Assembly: GCA_002898395.1 (NCBI GenBank)
Contig: BEHE01000007.1
Coordinates: forward strand, 9,048-73,047
DNA: 64,000 nt
From: Candidatus Calditenuaceae archaeon HR02
GTDB taxonomy: Archaea; Thermoproteota; Nitrososphaeria_A; Caldarchaeales; Calditenuaceae
Direction of reading: 5' to 3'
The translations under genes and the position numbers were made by a program. How positions within the stretch are numbered: position 1 is the stretch's first letter; the number at the start of each line of letters is the position of its first letter. Below, one piece after another: positions 50,014 through 60,600 of the stretch. Under the pieces are notes generated by a model that was given only the letters and a program-made list of their open reading frames with translations, did no database searches and had not been told where the DNA came from.

Positions 50014-51339
50014 CTACTGGATCTTATCGCTAACGCCTGCTAGGGATAGGAACTCCTTACTCAGCCGGGTGAGGGAGTAGAGTTCAACTCCAGCCTCGCG
50101 GAGGAGCTTCTCAGCACCCTCATTCCTATCAAAGATCACAAAATATTTGTCTATCACTCCCCCCTCCTCCCGAACAGCCTTTACACACTCAAGCGCACTA
50201 TTACCGGTGGTGACGACGTCGTCAACGCCCACATAGAGTGTCCCGGGCTTGACTACCCCCTCTACCTTTCTCTCAAGCCCGTGAGCCTTTCTCTCCATCC
50301 TAACGTAGACAAGCCCCACGCCGAGTCTGTCTGCGACAATGCTCGCTAGAGGTATTCCAGCCGTGGCTGTCGTCGCAATCTCGAAGCCAGACCTGCCAAC
50401 ACGTCTAGATACCGCCCCGGTCATGAGCCTGGCTATGAGCGACCTTGAGACTGGGTCAGAGTATAGCGACCTACAGTCTATGTAGATTCGGCTCCACCCT
50501 CCACTCGAGAGTTGGACCGGCTTCTCATATATGTTCAAGACTCCCTTCGTCCTGATTATCGCCCTACTGGCGAGGATGAACTCCCTCTGTCGCGATAGGG
50601 TCTCTGCGATGTTTGCAGCCTCCGCTACCGGGTCCTCTGCAAGTATTATCGTCCTCCCCACATTGATCAGTAATCTCTCACCACCGGCCCTGATCATGGG
50701 CATCGGATCCCCTCCTTGGGCGCCAAATCCCGGTGAAAGGATTATTGCCTCCTCACCAACTCTCTGCCTGATCTCTGCTATCTCCCCTTCATCGAGGCTT
50801 GACGAGAGCCCAACCACGAACCCATCCACCCCCGCCTCAACCCCTTCCTCAATAAACCTCCAGTAGAGTGGCTCACCATCCACTCTGCGACGGAAGTATT
50901 TCTCGCCGTATCTGCCCGATGGATGGGCGAGTAGGAATACGCCTAGCCCATGCTCATGCGCCTCATCCACCACCTCTCCGACGTTGCCGAAGAGGGGGTT
51001 GAGGGTAAAGGCATCGTAGCCCAGCCTCGCAATGGTGTTTACGCCGGCCTTGGCTGATTCGCCGATGTCCCCGAGCTTACAGTCCAGAATAGTTAAAAGG
51101 CTCAGTTTCCTCGCCAGCCCGGTTATGGCCCTGTGCCCATCCTCTCCGAGGCCGCGCAAGTGATTCTCGTTCAGCTTAACGGCTGAGCAAAACCTGCCGA
51201 GCTGCTGGATCCTATCGAGACAGAATCTAAGCCTTAGGCTTGGGTCGTGGTAGACCCACGGCGGCGGGTCGAGTCCAAGACATAGAATGCTGCCAGAGAT
51301 CTCGACGACCCTGTCATACCTCTCCTTGAGCAAAGACAC
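50014..51339 (-). CDS. pyrF-pyrE: Bifunctional OMP decarboxylase (N-terminal) :: orotate phosphoribosyltransferase (C-terminal) fusion
   Basis: The N-terminal 230 aa carry ODCase motifs (LDCKLGDIG, LSPGFGAQGGDP, VGRTIILAEDPVAEA). The C-terminal 200 aa carry the OPRTase PRPP motif (LYVGVDDVVTTGNSALE). It is one continuous 441-codon ORF. Confidence 0.7.
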   Translation of the reverse strand: MSLLKERYDRVVEISGSILCLGLDPPPWVYHDPSLRLRFCLDRIQQLGRFCSAVKLNENHLRGLGEDGHRAITGLARKLSLLTILDCKLGDIGESAKAGVNTIARLGYDAFTLNPLFGNVGEVVDEAHEHGLGVFLLAHPSGRYGEKYFRRRVDGEPLYWRFIEEGVEAGVDGFVVGLSSSLDEGEIAEIRQRVGEEAIILSPGFGAQGGDPMPMIRAGGERLLINVGRTIILAEDPVAEAANIAETLSRQREFILASRAIIRTKGVLNIYEKPVQLSSGGWSRIYIDCRSLYSDPVSRSLIARLMTGAVSRRVGRSGFEIATTATAGIPLASIVADRLGVGLVYVRMERKAHGLERKVEGVVKPGTLYVGVDDVVTTGNSALECVKAVREEGGVIDKYFVIFDRNEGAEKLLREAGVELYSLTRLSKEFLSLAGVSDKIQ

Positions 51340-51450
51340 CTGCTAGCGCCTCGTATCCCCTCTTAAAAACGATTTCCATCCCATCGAAAGCACAATCGTC
51401 TTAAGAAGTGTACAGCCTCTCCAGGCACCGACCCCCTAAATTCTTATCAA

Positions 51451-52455
51451 TTGGCTAGCGCCACACTACTTGACTTGCCTCTGATAAGGATGGAGGGGGT
51501 TGCTCCGGTTTTCGTGGACCGCGGGTCTCGGATCCTCTTTGACGCAGCGGAGGGGCAGGGGTTGAGGTGTCTGAGCCACGCACACATGGACCATGCAGGC
51601 TCGCCTACAGAGCTCAATGTGATGACAGGCGAGACCCATAAAATCTTCGCCTCCCGTAAAAAATACTATAGGAGATTCATTGAATCCCCCCTCGGGGTCA
51701 AGATAAAACTACCACAAGGCACCCTCCTCACGGCCCTCAACTCGGGGCACATGCTCGGCTCAAGCATGTTTAAACTAGAGGCCGATGGTCTCTCCATACT
51801 CTATACTGGCGACATGAACATCTATGACAACATCCTACAGAGGGGTGCAGAACAGCACGAAGCCGACGTCCTTGTCATCGAGGCAACCTATGGCTCTCCC
51901 ATCTACAAGTTCCCTGACAGGGAGGGAATCTATTACGAGATGATCAAGTGGGTGAGAGAGACCCTCGCGCGGGGCGATATACCCGCCCTCAAGGTCTACT
52001 CCGCCGGCAAGGCTCAAGAGATTATCGCCCTCGTTAACAAGACGCTAAGTGTGCCCGTCCTAACCACGCCGGAGATCTACAAGGTCTCGATGGTTTATAG
52101 GAGCAAGTTCAGGTGGATGGACTTCTTGAGGGCCGGGACCCAGGAGGGCTATGAAGCCGCTAGGAACGGCGCTGTCTATGTCTCTGCGCGGAGGGACGTC
52201 TCCCAGCTCGCAAACAGGCGTGTCAGATGGGCGCTAGCCACAGGCTGGGTGCTGACCAGTAGACAAGAGGGTTTCGACGCCTACTTCCCACTCTCCGCCC
52301 ACTCAGATTTCCACGGCCTAGTCTCATACGCGAAAAATTCGGATTACAAGATAGTTCTGACGATCTATGGCTTCTCCTCAACCCTTGCTAGGCATCTGAG
52401 ACGTCTCGGCATCAACGCCTACTCGCTGGAGGAAAAATTGTGCATTAAGTTCTAA
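51451..52455 (+). CDS. Metallo-beta-lactamase-fold beta-CASP-like nuclease
   Basis: HAHMDH (the HxHxDH motif), EATYG (beta-CASP motif A-like), and a trailing AHSDFHGL. Confidence 0.6.
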   Translation: MASATLLDLPLIRMEGVAPVFVDRGSRILFDAAEGQGLRCLSHAHMDHAGSPTELNVMTGETHKIFASRKKYYRRFIESPLGVKIKLPQGTLLTALNSGHMLGSSMFKLEADGLSILYTGDMNIYDNILQRGAEQHEADVLVIEATYGSPIYKFPDREGIYYEMIKWVRETLARGDIPALKVYSAGKAQEIIALVNKTLSVPVLTTPEIYKVSMVYRSKFRWMDFLRAGTQEGYEAARNGAVYVSARRDVSQLANRRVRWALATGWVLTSRQEGFDAYFPLSAHSDFHGLVSYAKNSDYKIVLTIYGFSSTLARHLRRLGINAYSLEEKLCIKF

Positions 52456-52685
52456 GAATTTTCACTGGCTTGAGCAAGTTATGCAAAGCCCACAGCGAGG
52501 ACACCTTCTAGTCCCTGATGGAACCTCTAGGTGGCACCGGGGGCACTCCTCAACCTCCTCTACTACCTGCCTGCTCAGCATCCACCCCTCTAACGAGAGT
52601 CTCGCATTAGCGAATATAAACTTTAAATACCGTGGAATTTAAAAGAATTAACGTTAATAAATCAAAAAGTAAATGAAGTATAACC

Positions 52686-52937
52686 GTGGTCAACGTCAGA
52701 ATAGTTTACTGCGTGCCATGCGGACACCTGCCTAGGGCTATGGAGCTTGCAAACCACCTCCTACAGACGTTCGGCATGGAGTACAACAAACGCTTTTCAG
52801 TAACCCTCGACACATCTGACGGCGGAACCTTTGAGGTTTACATCGATGACGTGAAAGTGTATTCGAGGAAGGAGCAGGGAGGTAGATTCCCCACTGCGGA
52901 AGAGATCGTTAAAGAGGTCAGGAATAGGGCTAGGTAG
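52686..52937 (+). CDS. Rdx/SelW-like small redox protein (CxxC)
   Basis: 83 aa with a CVPCGH motif near the N-terminus, typical of the SelW/SelT/Rdx fold. Confidence 0.45.
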   Translation: MVNVRIVYCVPCGHLPRAMELANHLLQTFGMEYNKRFSVTLDTSDGGTFEVYIDDVKVYSRKEQGGRFPTAEEIVKEVRNRAR

Positions 52938-53454
52938 ACCGCTGTACTTCTCTCTCCAGAAACTCGATAGCCAGTTTAACGTGCTCATCAGGTTTAACCC
53001 CATCGATTATTTTGACTATCCTACCCTCAGGAGATATTATGAAGGTCTTCCGCTTCGCGGTCTTGAATAGGCTATTGTACGCGTCGAAGAGACGTGATAT
53101 CTCGCCGTTCTTGTCACTGAGCAGTGGGAATGTTAGGTTGTATTTCTGTGCGAATTTCTCGTGGCTCTTAATGTCGTCGGTGCTTATACCATAGACTTCA
53201 GCCCCACATCTTGTCAAAACACCCATGTTATCTCTAAAGCTACAGGCCTCTGATGTACACCCAGGCGTATTGTCTTTTGGGTAGAAGTAGAGTATTATAT
53301 AGCGGTTCTTTCCGAGCCTCGTGCCAAGCCTGAACTCTCCTCTTGTTGAGGGGAGAGAGAAGTCAGGGCAAATGTCACCCACTTCCATATCCAACAATAC
53401 CCTACTCGATGAGCGAGTGGTGGTGTCCCCCACAGCTGCAAGTCGACTGCTCAT
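52930..53454 (-). CDS. bcp: Peroxiredoxin, Bcp-type (thiol peroxidase)
   Basis: YFYPKDNTPGCTSEACSFRD peroxidatic-Cys motif. Confidence 0.8.
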   Translation of the reverse strand: MSSRLAAVGDTTTRSSSRVLLDMEVGDICPDFSLPSTRGEFRLGTRLGKNRYIILYFYPKDNTPGCTSEACSFRDNMGVLTRCGAEVYGISTDDIKSHEKFAQKYNLTFPLLSDKNGEISRLFDAYNSLFKTAKRKTFIISPEGRIVKIIDGVKPDEHVKLAIEFLEREVQRST

Positions 53455-53848
53455 TCGGGTTCTTCACGACGAACCCCTCCACACCCCCCGCCTCGACGTA
53501 GTCTATCTCGGAGCCGGTGATGAGTGATGCACTGTATTTATCTACGACAACTCTGATACCATTGTTCTGGATGACAATATCATCTTCCAACACCTCATTG
53601 TCTAGAACCATACCGTAGCGGTAGCCGCAGCACCCCTGCCCCATCACAAAAACCCTGAGCACTAGCCCCTCCCCCTCACCAGCTAGGTGCTCCCTGATTT
53701 TGAGGGCTGCCCTCTCAGTTAGGTTAATCCTGAACTCCTGCATCACGGCCATATCGAGGCCCCCTTCTAAATAATCCTTGTCCCAGTCCTCAATAATGAG
53801 TCCCAACACCGGTCCCGCATCTGTTTGGCCACCTAGCCCGCAAAACAA
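53402..53848 (-). CDS. iscA: HesB/IscA-family Fe-S cluster insertion protein
   Basis: FRINLTERAALKI...C-terminal NPNEQSTCSCGGHHHS is an IscA-type Cys cluster. The true start is probably an internal Met near 53752. Confidence 0.65.
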   Translation of the reverse strand: MFCGLGGQTDAGPVLGLIIEDWDKDYLEGGLDMAVMQEFRINLTERAALKIREHLAGEGEGLVLRVFVMGQGCCGYRYGMVLDNEVLEDDIVIQNNGIRVVVDKYSASLITGSEIDYVEAGGVEGFVVKNPNEQSTCSCGGHHHSLIE

Positions 53849-53996
53849 GCGTGGTGCTTACAGGCCTATAGTGCGGCTCGCAGCCGGGTAGGATAAGTTA
53901 ATAAAGGGATTCTAACGTTTTTTCTCCAAGTGAATTCGGTTATAGGGATGGTGGTGTATTCTGCCCCAGAAGTCTTCTAAATCTAAAAAGTCTGAG

Positions 53997-54251
53997 GTGA
54001 AAGAGGCTCCATCGGCTGTCTCGATACTTGAGCATGAGCTGGTCCCGAAGCACGAGATTATGAGCCCAGAAGAGGTCGAAGAGCTATTAGGCAGATATAG
54101 GATAACTCTGAACGAGCTTCCAAGGATACTTGCCAGCGACCCAGTGGTACGCGAGATAGGAGCCAAGCCCGGCGACGTCCTTAGAATACATAGAAGATCA
54201 CTCACCGCCGGACTCTCATACTACTATAGAGTGGTGGTGAGGGAGGAGTGA
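53997..54251 (+). CDS. rpoH: DNA-directed RNA polymerase subunit H (Rpb5 homolog)
   Basis: 84 aa directly upstream of rpoB with a stop/start overlap. The C-terminal RpoH fold motif is [11 protein letters not shown]. Confidence 0.8.
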   Translation: MKEAPSAVSILEHELVPKHEIMSPEEVEELLGRYRITLNELPRILASDPVVREIGAKPGDVLRIHRRSLTAGLSYYYRVVVREE

Positions 54252-57200
54252 AGGCCAAGCCTGCCTCTGAGCAGCCAATTCTAACGAGCGAAGACTTGAT
54301 GAAGGTCGCCGAGGCCTATATCGACGACGCCGGCCTAATCAACCATCACCTAATGTCGTACGATTACTTCGTCAAGGAGGGTCTCAAGAACCTAATAATG
54401 AGTATGAGCCCGGTCGAGATTAAGGCGAGAGGTAAGGCAGAGCTAAAGTTCGAGAGTGTCGAGATAGGATCTCCGAGGATCGTCGAGATTGATGGGATGG
54501 TCAGGGAGGATGTAACGCCAATGGAGTGTAGGCTAAGAAACCTAACCTACTCGGCCCCAATCTACGTCAAGATGAGCCTATATGTTGATGACAAGCCGGT
54601 AGTTGTTGCTGAGCGGGTCCTTATCGGCTCGATCCCCATCATGGTTAAGTCCTCTATCTGTCCGCTGAGCAGGATGACTCCTGAAGAGCTGGCGGCTATA
54701 GGTGAAGATCCGTTAGACCCGGGTGGCTACTTCATCATAAACGGTTCAGAGAGGGTTATAGTGGCGATAGAGGATCTCTCACCTAACAAGGTCCTCGTGA
54801 CTGTGAAGGATCAGAAGGAGAATCCCCAGTACTCGGCGATGCTTCTCTCATCCTCGCAGGGTAGGATGAGTAAGGTTGAGGTCACCTATAAGCCCGGAGG
54901 CCCCATAAAGGTCTTTTTCTCGAGGATCTACAAGGGTATTCCCTTAATAGTAATGTTGAGGGCTCTCGGGCTGACTAAGGATAGCGAGATAGTTAATCTA
55001 ATCTCGAATAATTCCGCGATACAAGAACTTCTCGAGCCATCCTTCAGGGAGGCTGAGGGTGTTGAGACGGCGGATGACGCCCTAGTGTACATAGGGAATA
55101 GGATAGCTTTTGGCTATGCCGAGGAGTATAGAAAACAGCGGGCTGAGCAGATGATAGACAACATATTCATGCTCCACGTAGGGACGACCCCCGACGCGAG
55201 ATACAAGAAAGGGATACTCCTGTGCGATATAGTCGGTAAGCTACTGGAGACAAGCGTGGGCCTCAGGAAGCCCTCGGACAAGGACCACTATGGGAACAAG
55301 AGGATAAAGCTTGAGAATCCTTTGCTCACAGAACTATATAGAATGGCGCTCACCAAGCTGATCCGAGACGTCAAGTATCAACTTGAGAAGAGCATGGCAT
55401 CACGCTACCCGATCACGATTTCACCATTCGTTAAGCCCAGCATAGTTAATGACGTTGTTGTCCACGCATTTGCGACTGGGAACTGGCCGGGTGGAAGGGT
55501 TGGCGTAACACAGCTGTTGAATAGAACCAATTATCTCGCCACCATCAGCCATTTGAGGAGGGTTCAGTCGCCTCTGAGTCGTAGCCAGGCACACTTCGAG
55601 GCAAGGGATCTGCATGGGACGCACTGGGGTAGGATATGCCCTGTTGAGACGCCTGAGGGTGCGAATTCCGGGCTTGTCAAAAACTTTGCTCTCGGCGCCG
55701 AAGTTACAGTCCCACTCTCGCAGCAGGACAGGATCGAGTTGAAGAGAAGGCTCGTCGACCTTGGCATGGTCGGCGTGTTTGTAGCTCTTGACGAGCGGAG
55801 GCGCGGACGGAAGAGGACATACGGCGCAAAGGTCTACCTCGACAACGAGCTGATAGGCTACCACCCAGACGGTCGGGCGCTTGTCCGCGAGCTTAGAGCC
55901 CTCCGCAGAAAGGGTGAGATAAGCCCCGCCGTCAATATCTGTCTAAACGAGTACCCACACATCCAAGAAGTCGAGATTTACACCGACGAAGGTAGGGTAA
56001 GGAGGCCGTTAATAGTGGTGGAGGATGGTGTGCCCAGCATCTCGAGGGCGATGATAGACTCGCTGTCTAATGGGACATTCAGGTTCAGGGACCTAGTCTC
56101 AATCGGTGCTGTAGAGTTCTTAGACGCGTCTGAGGAGGAGAACGTCTTGGTCGCCATCTCTCCGGAAAGCTTGACACCTAATCACAACTATCTAGATGTC
56201 TCGCCTCTCCTAGTAATGGGTGCAGTAGCCTCAATCATACCATACAGTAACCATAACCAGTCGCCGAGAAACGTCTACGAGGCCTCAATGGCTAAACAGG
56301 CACTAGGAGTTCCCCTAACGAGCCTAAACCTGAGGACAGACTCTAGGCTCCACCTACTGGTCTACCCCCAGAAGCCTCTAGTGTATACGCGCTTCATGAA
56401 GCGGCTCTCACTAACAGAGAGGCCAATCGGCCAAAACCTGGTCGTTGCTGTCTTGACGGGCTATGGATACAACATGGAGGACGCTGTTGTCCTTAACAAG
56501 TCATCTATTGAGCGCGGCGTGGGCTACAGCATCAGCTATAGGACCTATGAGGTGGAGGCTAAACAATACATTGGCGGAGAGAAGGATAGGCTTGGCATAC
56601 CTGAACCGAGTGTGAGGGGCTACAGGGGCGAGCAGTGCTACCGCGCCCTTGACTCCGATGGGCTTGCCTTCCCCGAGTCAGAGGTTGTGGGAGGGATGGC
56701 TATCGTCGGAATGGTCAGCCCACCCAGGTTTATGGAAGAATACATGAGAGCCCCTGCCAGGGAGATGGTCTGGAGAGACTCGTCTGAGGTCGTTAAGCCT
56801 ACAGAGGCCGGTGTGGTTGATACCATCTTTGTTACTAAGACGCTCGAAGAGACCACTCTGGTCAAAGCCAGGATCAGAACTGACTGCTTTGCAGAAATTG
56901 GGGACAAATTCGCGTCAAGGCATGGTCAGAAGGGTGTTGTAGGCATGCTCTTTCCGCAGGCCGACATGCCCTACACAGCCAGCGGCATCGTACCCGACCT
57001 GATAATTAATCCACACGCATTCCCATCGAGAATGACTGTCGGACAGCTGATTGAGAGCCTCGCTGGGAAACTCGCAGCGCTGAAGGGTGAGGAGGTCGAC
57101 GGCTCACCATTCATAGGCAAACCCCTCGAGGAGATAGAGGCTGAGCTAGAGGCTCTCGGATTTAAGGGGGCTGGAACTGAGGTAATGTACGACGGCCTTA

Positions 57201-57643
57201 CAGGCAGAAAGTATGAGGTTGAGATATTCGTAGGAGTGGTGTATTATCAGAGACTACACCATCTGGTCCGCGATAAGATACACGCTAGGTCTAGGGGCCA
57301 GGTCCAGATACTGACGAGGCAGCCTACTGAGGGTCGCTCCCGCGGTGGAGGACTGAAGTTTGGGGAGATGGAGAGAGACTGCCTAATAGCTTACGGGGCA
57401 AGCTACCTACTCCTCGACAGGCTGCTCGAGCAGAGCGACAAGTATTCCGCATACTTCTGCGAGAAGTGTGGTCTACCGGCATACTACGACCTTAAGCAGA
57501 ACCAGCTTATCTGCCCAGTGCACGGTAAGGACTTCTCAGGCGTCCAGGTCTCTATGTCGTACGCATTCTTCCTCCTCCTGAACGAGCTCTTAGCCATGTG
57601 TATCTATCCAAGGCTCATCTTCGAGGAGGTGGGTGGGAGCTGA
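54248..57643 (+). CDS. rpoB: DNA-directed RNA polymerase subunit B (unsplit B'/B'')
   Basis: 1131 aa with the conserved Rpb2 blocks, including [13 protein letters not shown], the PSRMT(V)GQ region and a C-terminal Zn ribbon (CEKCG...CPVHG). Confidence 0.9.
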   Translation: MKAKPASEQPILTSEDLMKVAEAYIDDAGLINHHLMSYDYFVKEGLKNLIMSMSPVEIKARGKAELKFESVEIGSPRIVEIDGMVREDVTPMECRLRNLTYSAPIYVKMSLYVDDKPVVVAERVLIGSIPIMVKSSICPLSRMTPEELAAIGEDPLDPGGYFIINGSERVIVAIEDLSPNKVLVTVKDQKENPQYSAMLLSSSQGRMSKVEVTYKPGGPIKVFFSRIYKGIPLIVMLRALGLTKDSEIVNLISNNSAIQELLEPSFREAEGVETADDALVYIGNRIAFGYAEEYRKQRAEQMIDNIFMLHVGTTPDARYKKGILLCDIVGKLLETSVGLRKPSDKDHYGNKRIKLENPLLTELYRMALTKLIRDVKYQLEKSMASRYPITISPFVKPSIVNDVVVHAFATGNWPGGRVGVTQLLNRTNYLATISHLRRVQSPLSRSQAHFEARDLHGTHWGRICPVETPEGANSGLVKNFALGAEVTVPLSQQDRIELKRRLVDLGMVGVFVALDERRRGRKRTYGAKVYLDNELIGYHPDGRALVRELRALRRKGEISPAVNICLNEYPHIQEVEIYTDEGRVRRPLIVVEDGVPSISRAMIDSLSNGTFRFRDLVSIGAVEFLDASEEENVLVAISPESLTPNHNYLDVSPLLVMGAVASIIPYSNHNQSPRNVYEASMAKQALGVPLTSLNLRTDSRLHLLVYPQKPLVYTRFMKRLSLTERPIGQNLVVAVLTGYGYNMEDAVVLNKSSIERGVGYSISYRTYEVEAKQYIGGEKDRLGIPEPSVRGYRGEQCYRALDSDGLAFPESEVVGGMAIVGMVSPPRFMEEYMRAPAREMVWRDSSEVVKPTEAGVVDTIFVTKTLEETTLVKARIRTDCFAEIGDKFASRHGQKGVVGMLFPQADMPYTASGIVPDLIINPHAFPSRMTVGQLIESLAGKLAALKGEEVDGSPFIGKPLEEIEAELEALGFKGAGTEVMYDGLTGRKYEVEIFVGVVYYQRLHHLVRDKIHARSRGQVQILTRQPTEGRSRGGGLKFGEMERDCLIAYGASYLLLDRLLEQSDKYSAYFCEKCGLPAYYDLKQNQLICPVHGKDFSGVQVSMSYAFFLLLNELLAMCIYPRLIFEEVGGS

Positions 57644-60600
57644 GGGGAGTAATATCGGCGATTAAGTTCGGCATACTTCCGCCAAACCTAATCAGGAGTA
57701 TGAGTGTTGTAGAGGTACAGAGCCCAGACACCTATGACGAGGACGGGATGCCGATACCGACAGGCGTCATGGACCCAATGCTGGGTACTCTAGAGCCTGG
57801 ACAGAGGTGCAAGACCTGCGGAAACACCTACATCTCTTGCCCGGGGCATTTTGGGCACATAGAACTTGCAGTCCCCGTTATACACATAGGATTCGTCAAG
57901 ATTATTCATGAACTGCTGAGGTGTACGTGCAGGTCCTGCGGTAGACTACTGCTAAGCCAGAGCGACATCGAAGAGACTAGGGCTAGACTAAGGCAGCTGA
58001 AGCAGGAGGGGAGGATGTATAGACACCTCTTCTACAAGGTTAAGCAAAAGGCAATGGCCACCCAGACCTGCCCACACTGTGGTGAGAAACAGTTTAAGAT
58101 AGAGCTGGAGAAGCCTTCCACTTTTGTCGAATCAACTCCGCAGGGGGCGGTCAGGCTTACAGCAGGCTCCGTGAGGCAGAGGCTTGAGAGGATACCGGAC
58201 TCAGACCTTGAACTACTCGACATCGACCCCCAGTCGTCACGTCCGGAGTGGATGGTCCTAACAGTCCTCCCCGTTCCCCCTGTCTATGTAAGACCCTCAA
58301 TAACGCTTGAGAGCAATTACCGCTCTGAGGACGACCTAACCCACAAGCTTGTCGACATTCTGAGGGTAAATCAAAGGCTGAAGGAAAGCATAGCTGCGGC
58401 GGCACCCTCACCCGTCATAGCCGAGCTCTCAGACCTACTACAATATCACGTAACAACCTACATCAATAACGAGACGATAGGAGTCTCACCGGCCCAGCAT
58501 AGGTCGGGCAGAATACTGAAGACGCTCGCCCAGAGGCTTAAGGGTAAGGAGGGGCGCTTCAGGCTTAACCTTTCTGGGAAACGCGTCGACTTCTCCGCGC
58601 GCACGGTCATCTCACCCGACCCCCTCATAGACTTCGACGAGGTGGGTGTCCCACTCGAGATAGCTATGCAGCTCACCGTGCCGGAAGTCGTCACTCCATG
58701 GAATAAGGAGAAGCTGAAGGAGATGGTGAGGAACGGGCCTGACAAGTATCCAGGAGCAAAATACGTGATAAAGCCTGACAGGAAGATGATTCGTTTGAAG
58801 AATGTTCAGAACTTGGATGAGGTTGCTGAGAGCCTTGAGGAAGGGTGGATTGTGGAGAGACATCTAAGAGACGGCGACATTGTACTCTTCAATAGGCAGC
58901 CGAGCCTACACCGAGTCTCCATTATGGCTCACCGCGTCAGAGTACTCCCCTACAAGACCTTCAGGCTCAACTTGGCGGTATGCACACCCTATAACGCCGA
59001 CTTCGACGGCGACGAGATGAACCTCCATGTCCCGCAGAGTGAGGAAGCTCAGGCGGAGGCCAGACTCCTACTACAGGTCCAGCGCAATATAATCTCCGCC
59101 AGATATGGCGCACCGATTATAGGTGCGATCAGAGACTTCTTGACCTCGCTCTACCTGTTGACAAAGGACGGCACATATGTTGATAAGCAGACGCTAGGAT
59201 ACCTCCTCTCAGCCATAGGCTATAAGGGTGAGCTACCTCCACCTGAGAAGACAGATCCTCAGCCGCTATGGAGTGGTAAGCAGGTGTTCAGCCTACTCCT
59301 GCCACCCACCCTATCACACAGGGTTCAGTCCAACTTCAGCTCAGATACACAGGTAGTAATAGAGAGGGGGAAACTTGTCCAGGGATTTATTGATAAGGCT
59401 ATAGTGGGTGTAGAAAAGGCCAACAGCGTACTGCACAGAATATTCAGGGAATACGGCTACGAAGAGGCTGCAAGGTTCCTCAACGGAGTTATCAGGCTCG
59501 CAAACACATACTTAAACCTCCGCGGCTTCACATTCGGCATAGAGAGTCTAACGGTGCCCGAGGAAGTATACAGACAGGTCCAATCATACCTCCATAAGAT
59601 GGAGAAGGAGTTCCAGCAACTAAAATCCGACTATGAGAAGGGGAGACTAGAGGTTAAGCCCGGTGAGACTCCTGAGAAGGCTTTTGAGTCCGAGATACTC
59701 GAGCTACTCTCCAGGACTAGGGACGAGATTGGCGGCTTCGTTAGGAAGTTCGTCTCCACAGACAACCCACTAGTCGTCATGGCGAGGACCGGTGCGAGGG
59801 GAAGCTCCCTGAACATAGACCAGATGATTGCAATCGTGGGTCAACAGGCAGTTAGGAGGGAGAGGCCTAGCAGGGGATTTACCGATAGGGTCTTAACATT
59901 CTTCGACAGGGGCGACCTATCTCCTCGTGCCAGGGGCTTCGTCTACAACCCATTCATCAAGGGCTTTGACCCGATAGAGTTCTTCTTCCACCTGATGGGC
60001 GGCAGGGATGGGCTTGTCGACACTGCCGTCAGGACGCAGCAGAGCGGCTACATGCAGCGGAGGCTCATAAATGCTCTCGAATCACTCTACGTAGAGTTTG
60101 ACGGCTCGGTCAGGATGTCAGACACTAAGAAGATAGTTCAATTCCTTTACGGCGAGGATGGTGTTGACCCTGGCAAGAGCGACCACGGTAAGCCGTTTAT
60201 CCCAGCCAATATAATCTCGCAAGTCCTGATGGAGGAGCGGGACACAGGAAGCCCGGCTGCACCAGATGATGTCGAGGCTGTTGCCAAGAAGTATGAAGGG
60301 CTAATGCCCTTGTCAGCTATTCAGGAGTTATCGGACGCCTGTCTCAAACTCAAGGTCCCGAGGGGTGCTGTCGAGAGGGTTTTCGCGACTGCCTACCGTG
60401 TATATCTCCAGAGCATGGTTGAGGCGGGAGACCCTGTCGGCATTATCGCCGCCCAATCCCTAGGGGAGCCTGGAACCCAGCTCACTCTCAGGACCTTCCA
60501 CTTCGCTGGTGTTAGGGAGCAGAGCATTCTCGTAGGACTCCCCCGGCTTATCGAGATAATCGACGCCAGGAGAGCCCCCTCCACACCTATGATGTATATC

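Noticed and set aside
53912-54205. 97-aa minus-strand ORF
   Set aside because: It lies antisense to rpoH with a Ser-rich low-complexity translation, so it is a chance ORF.
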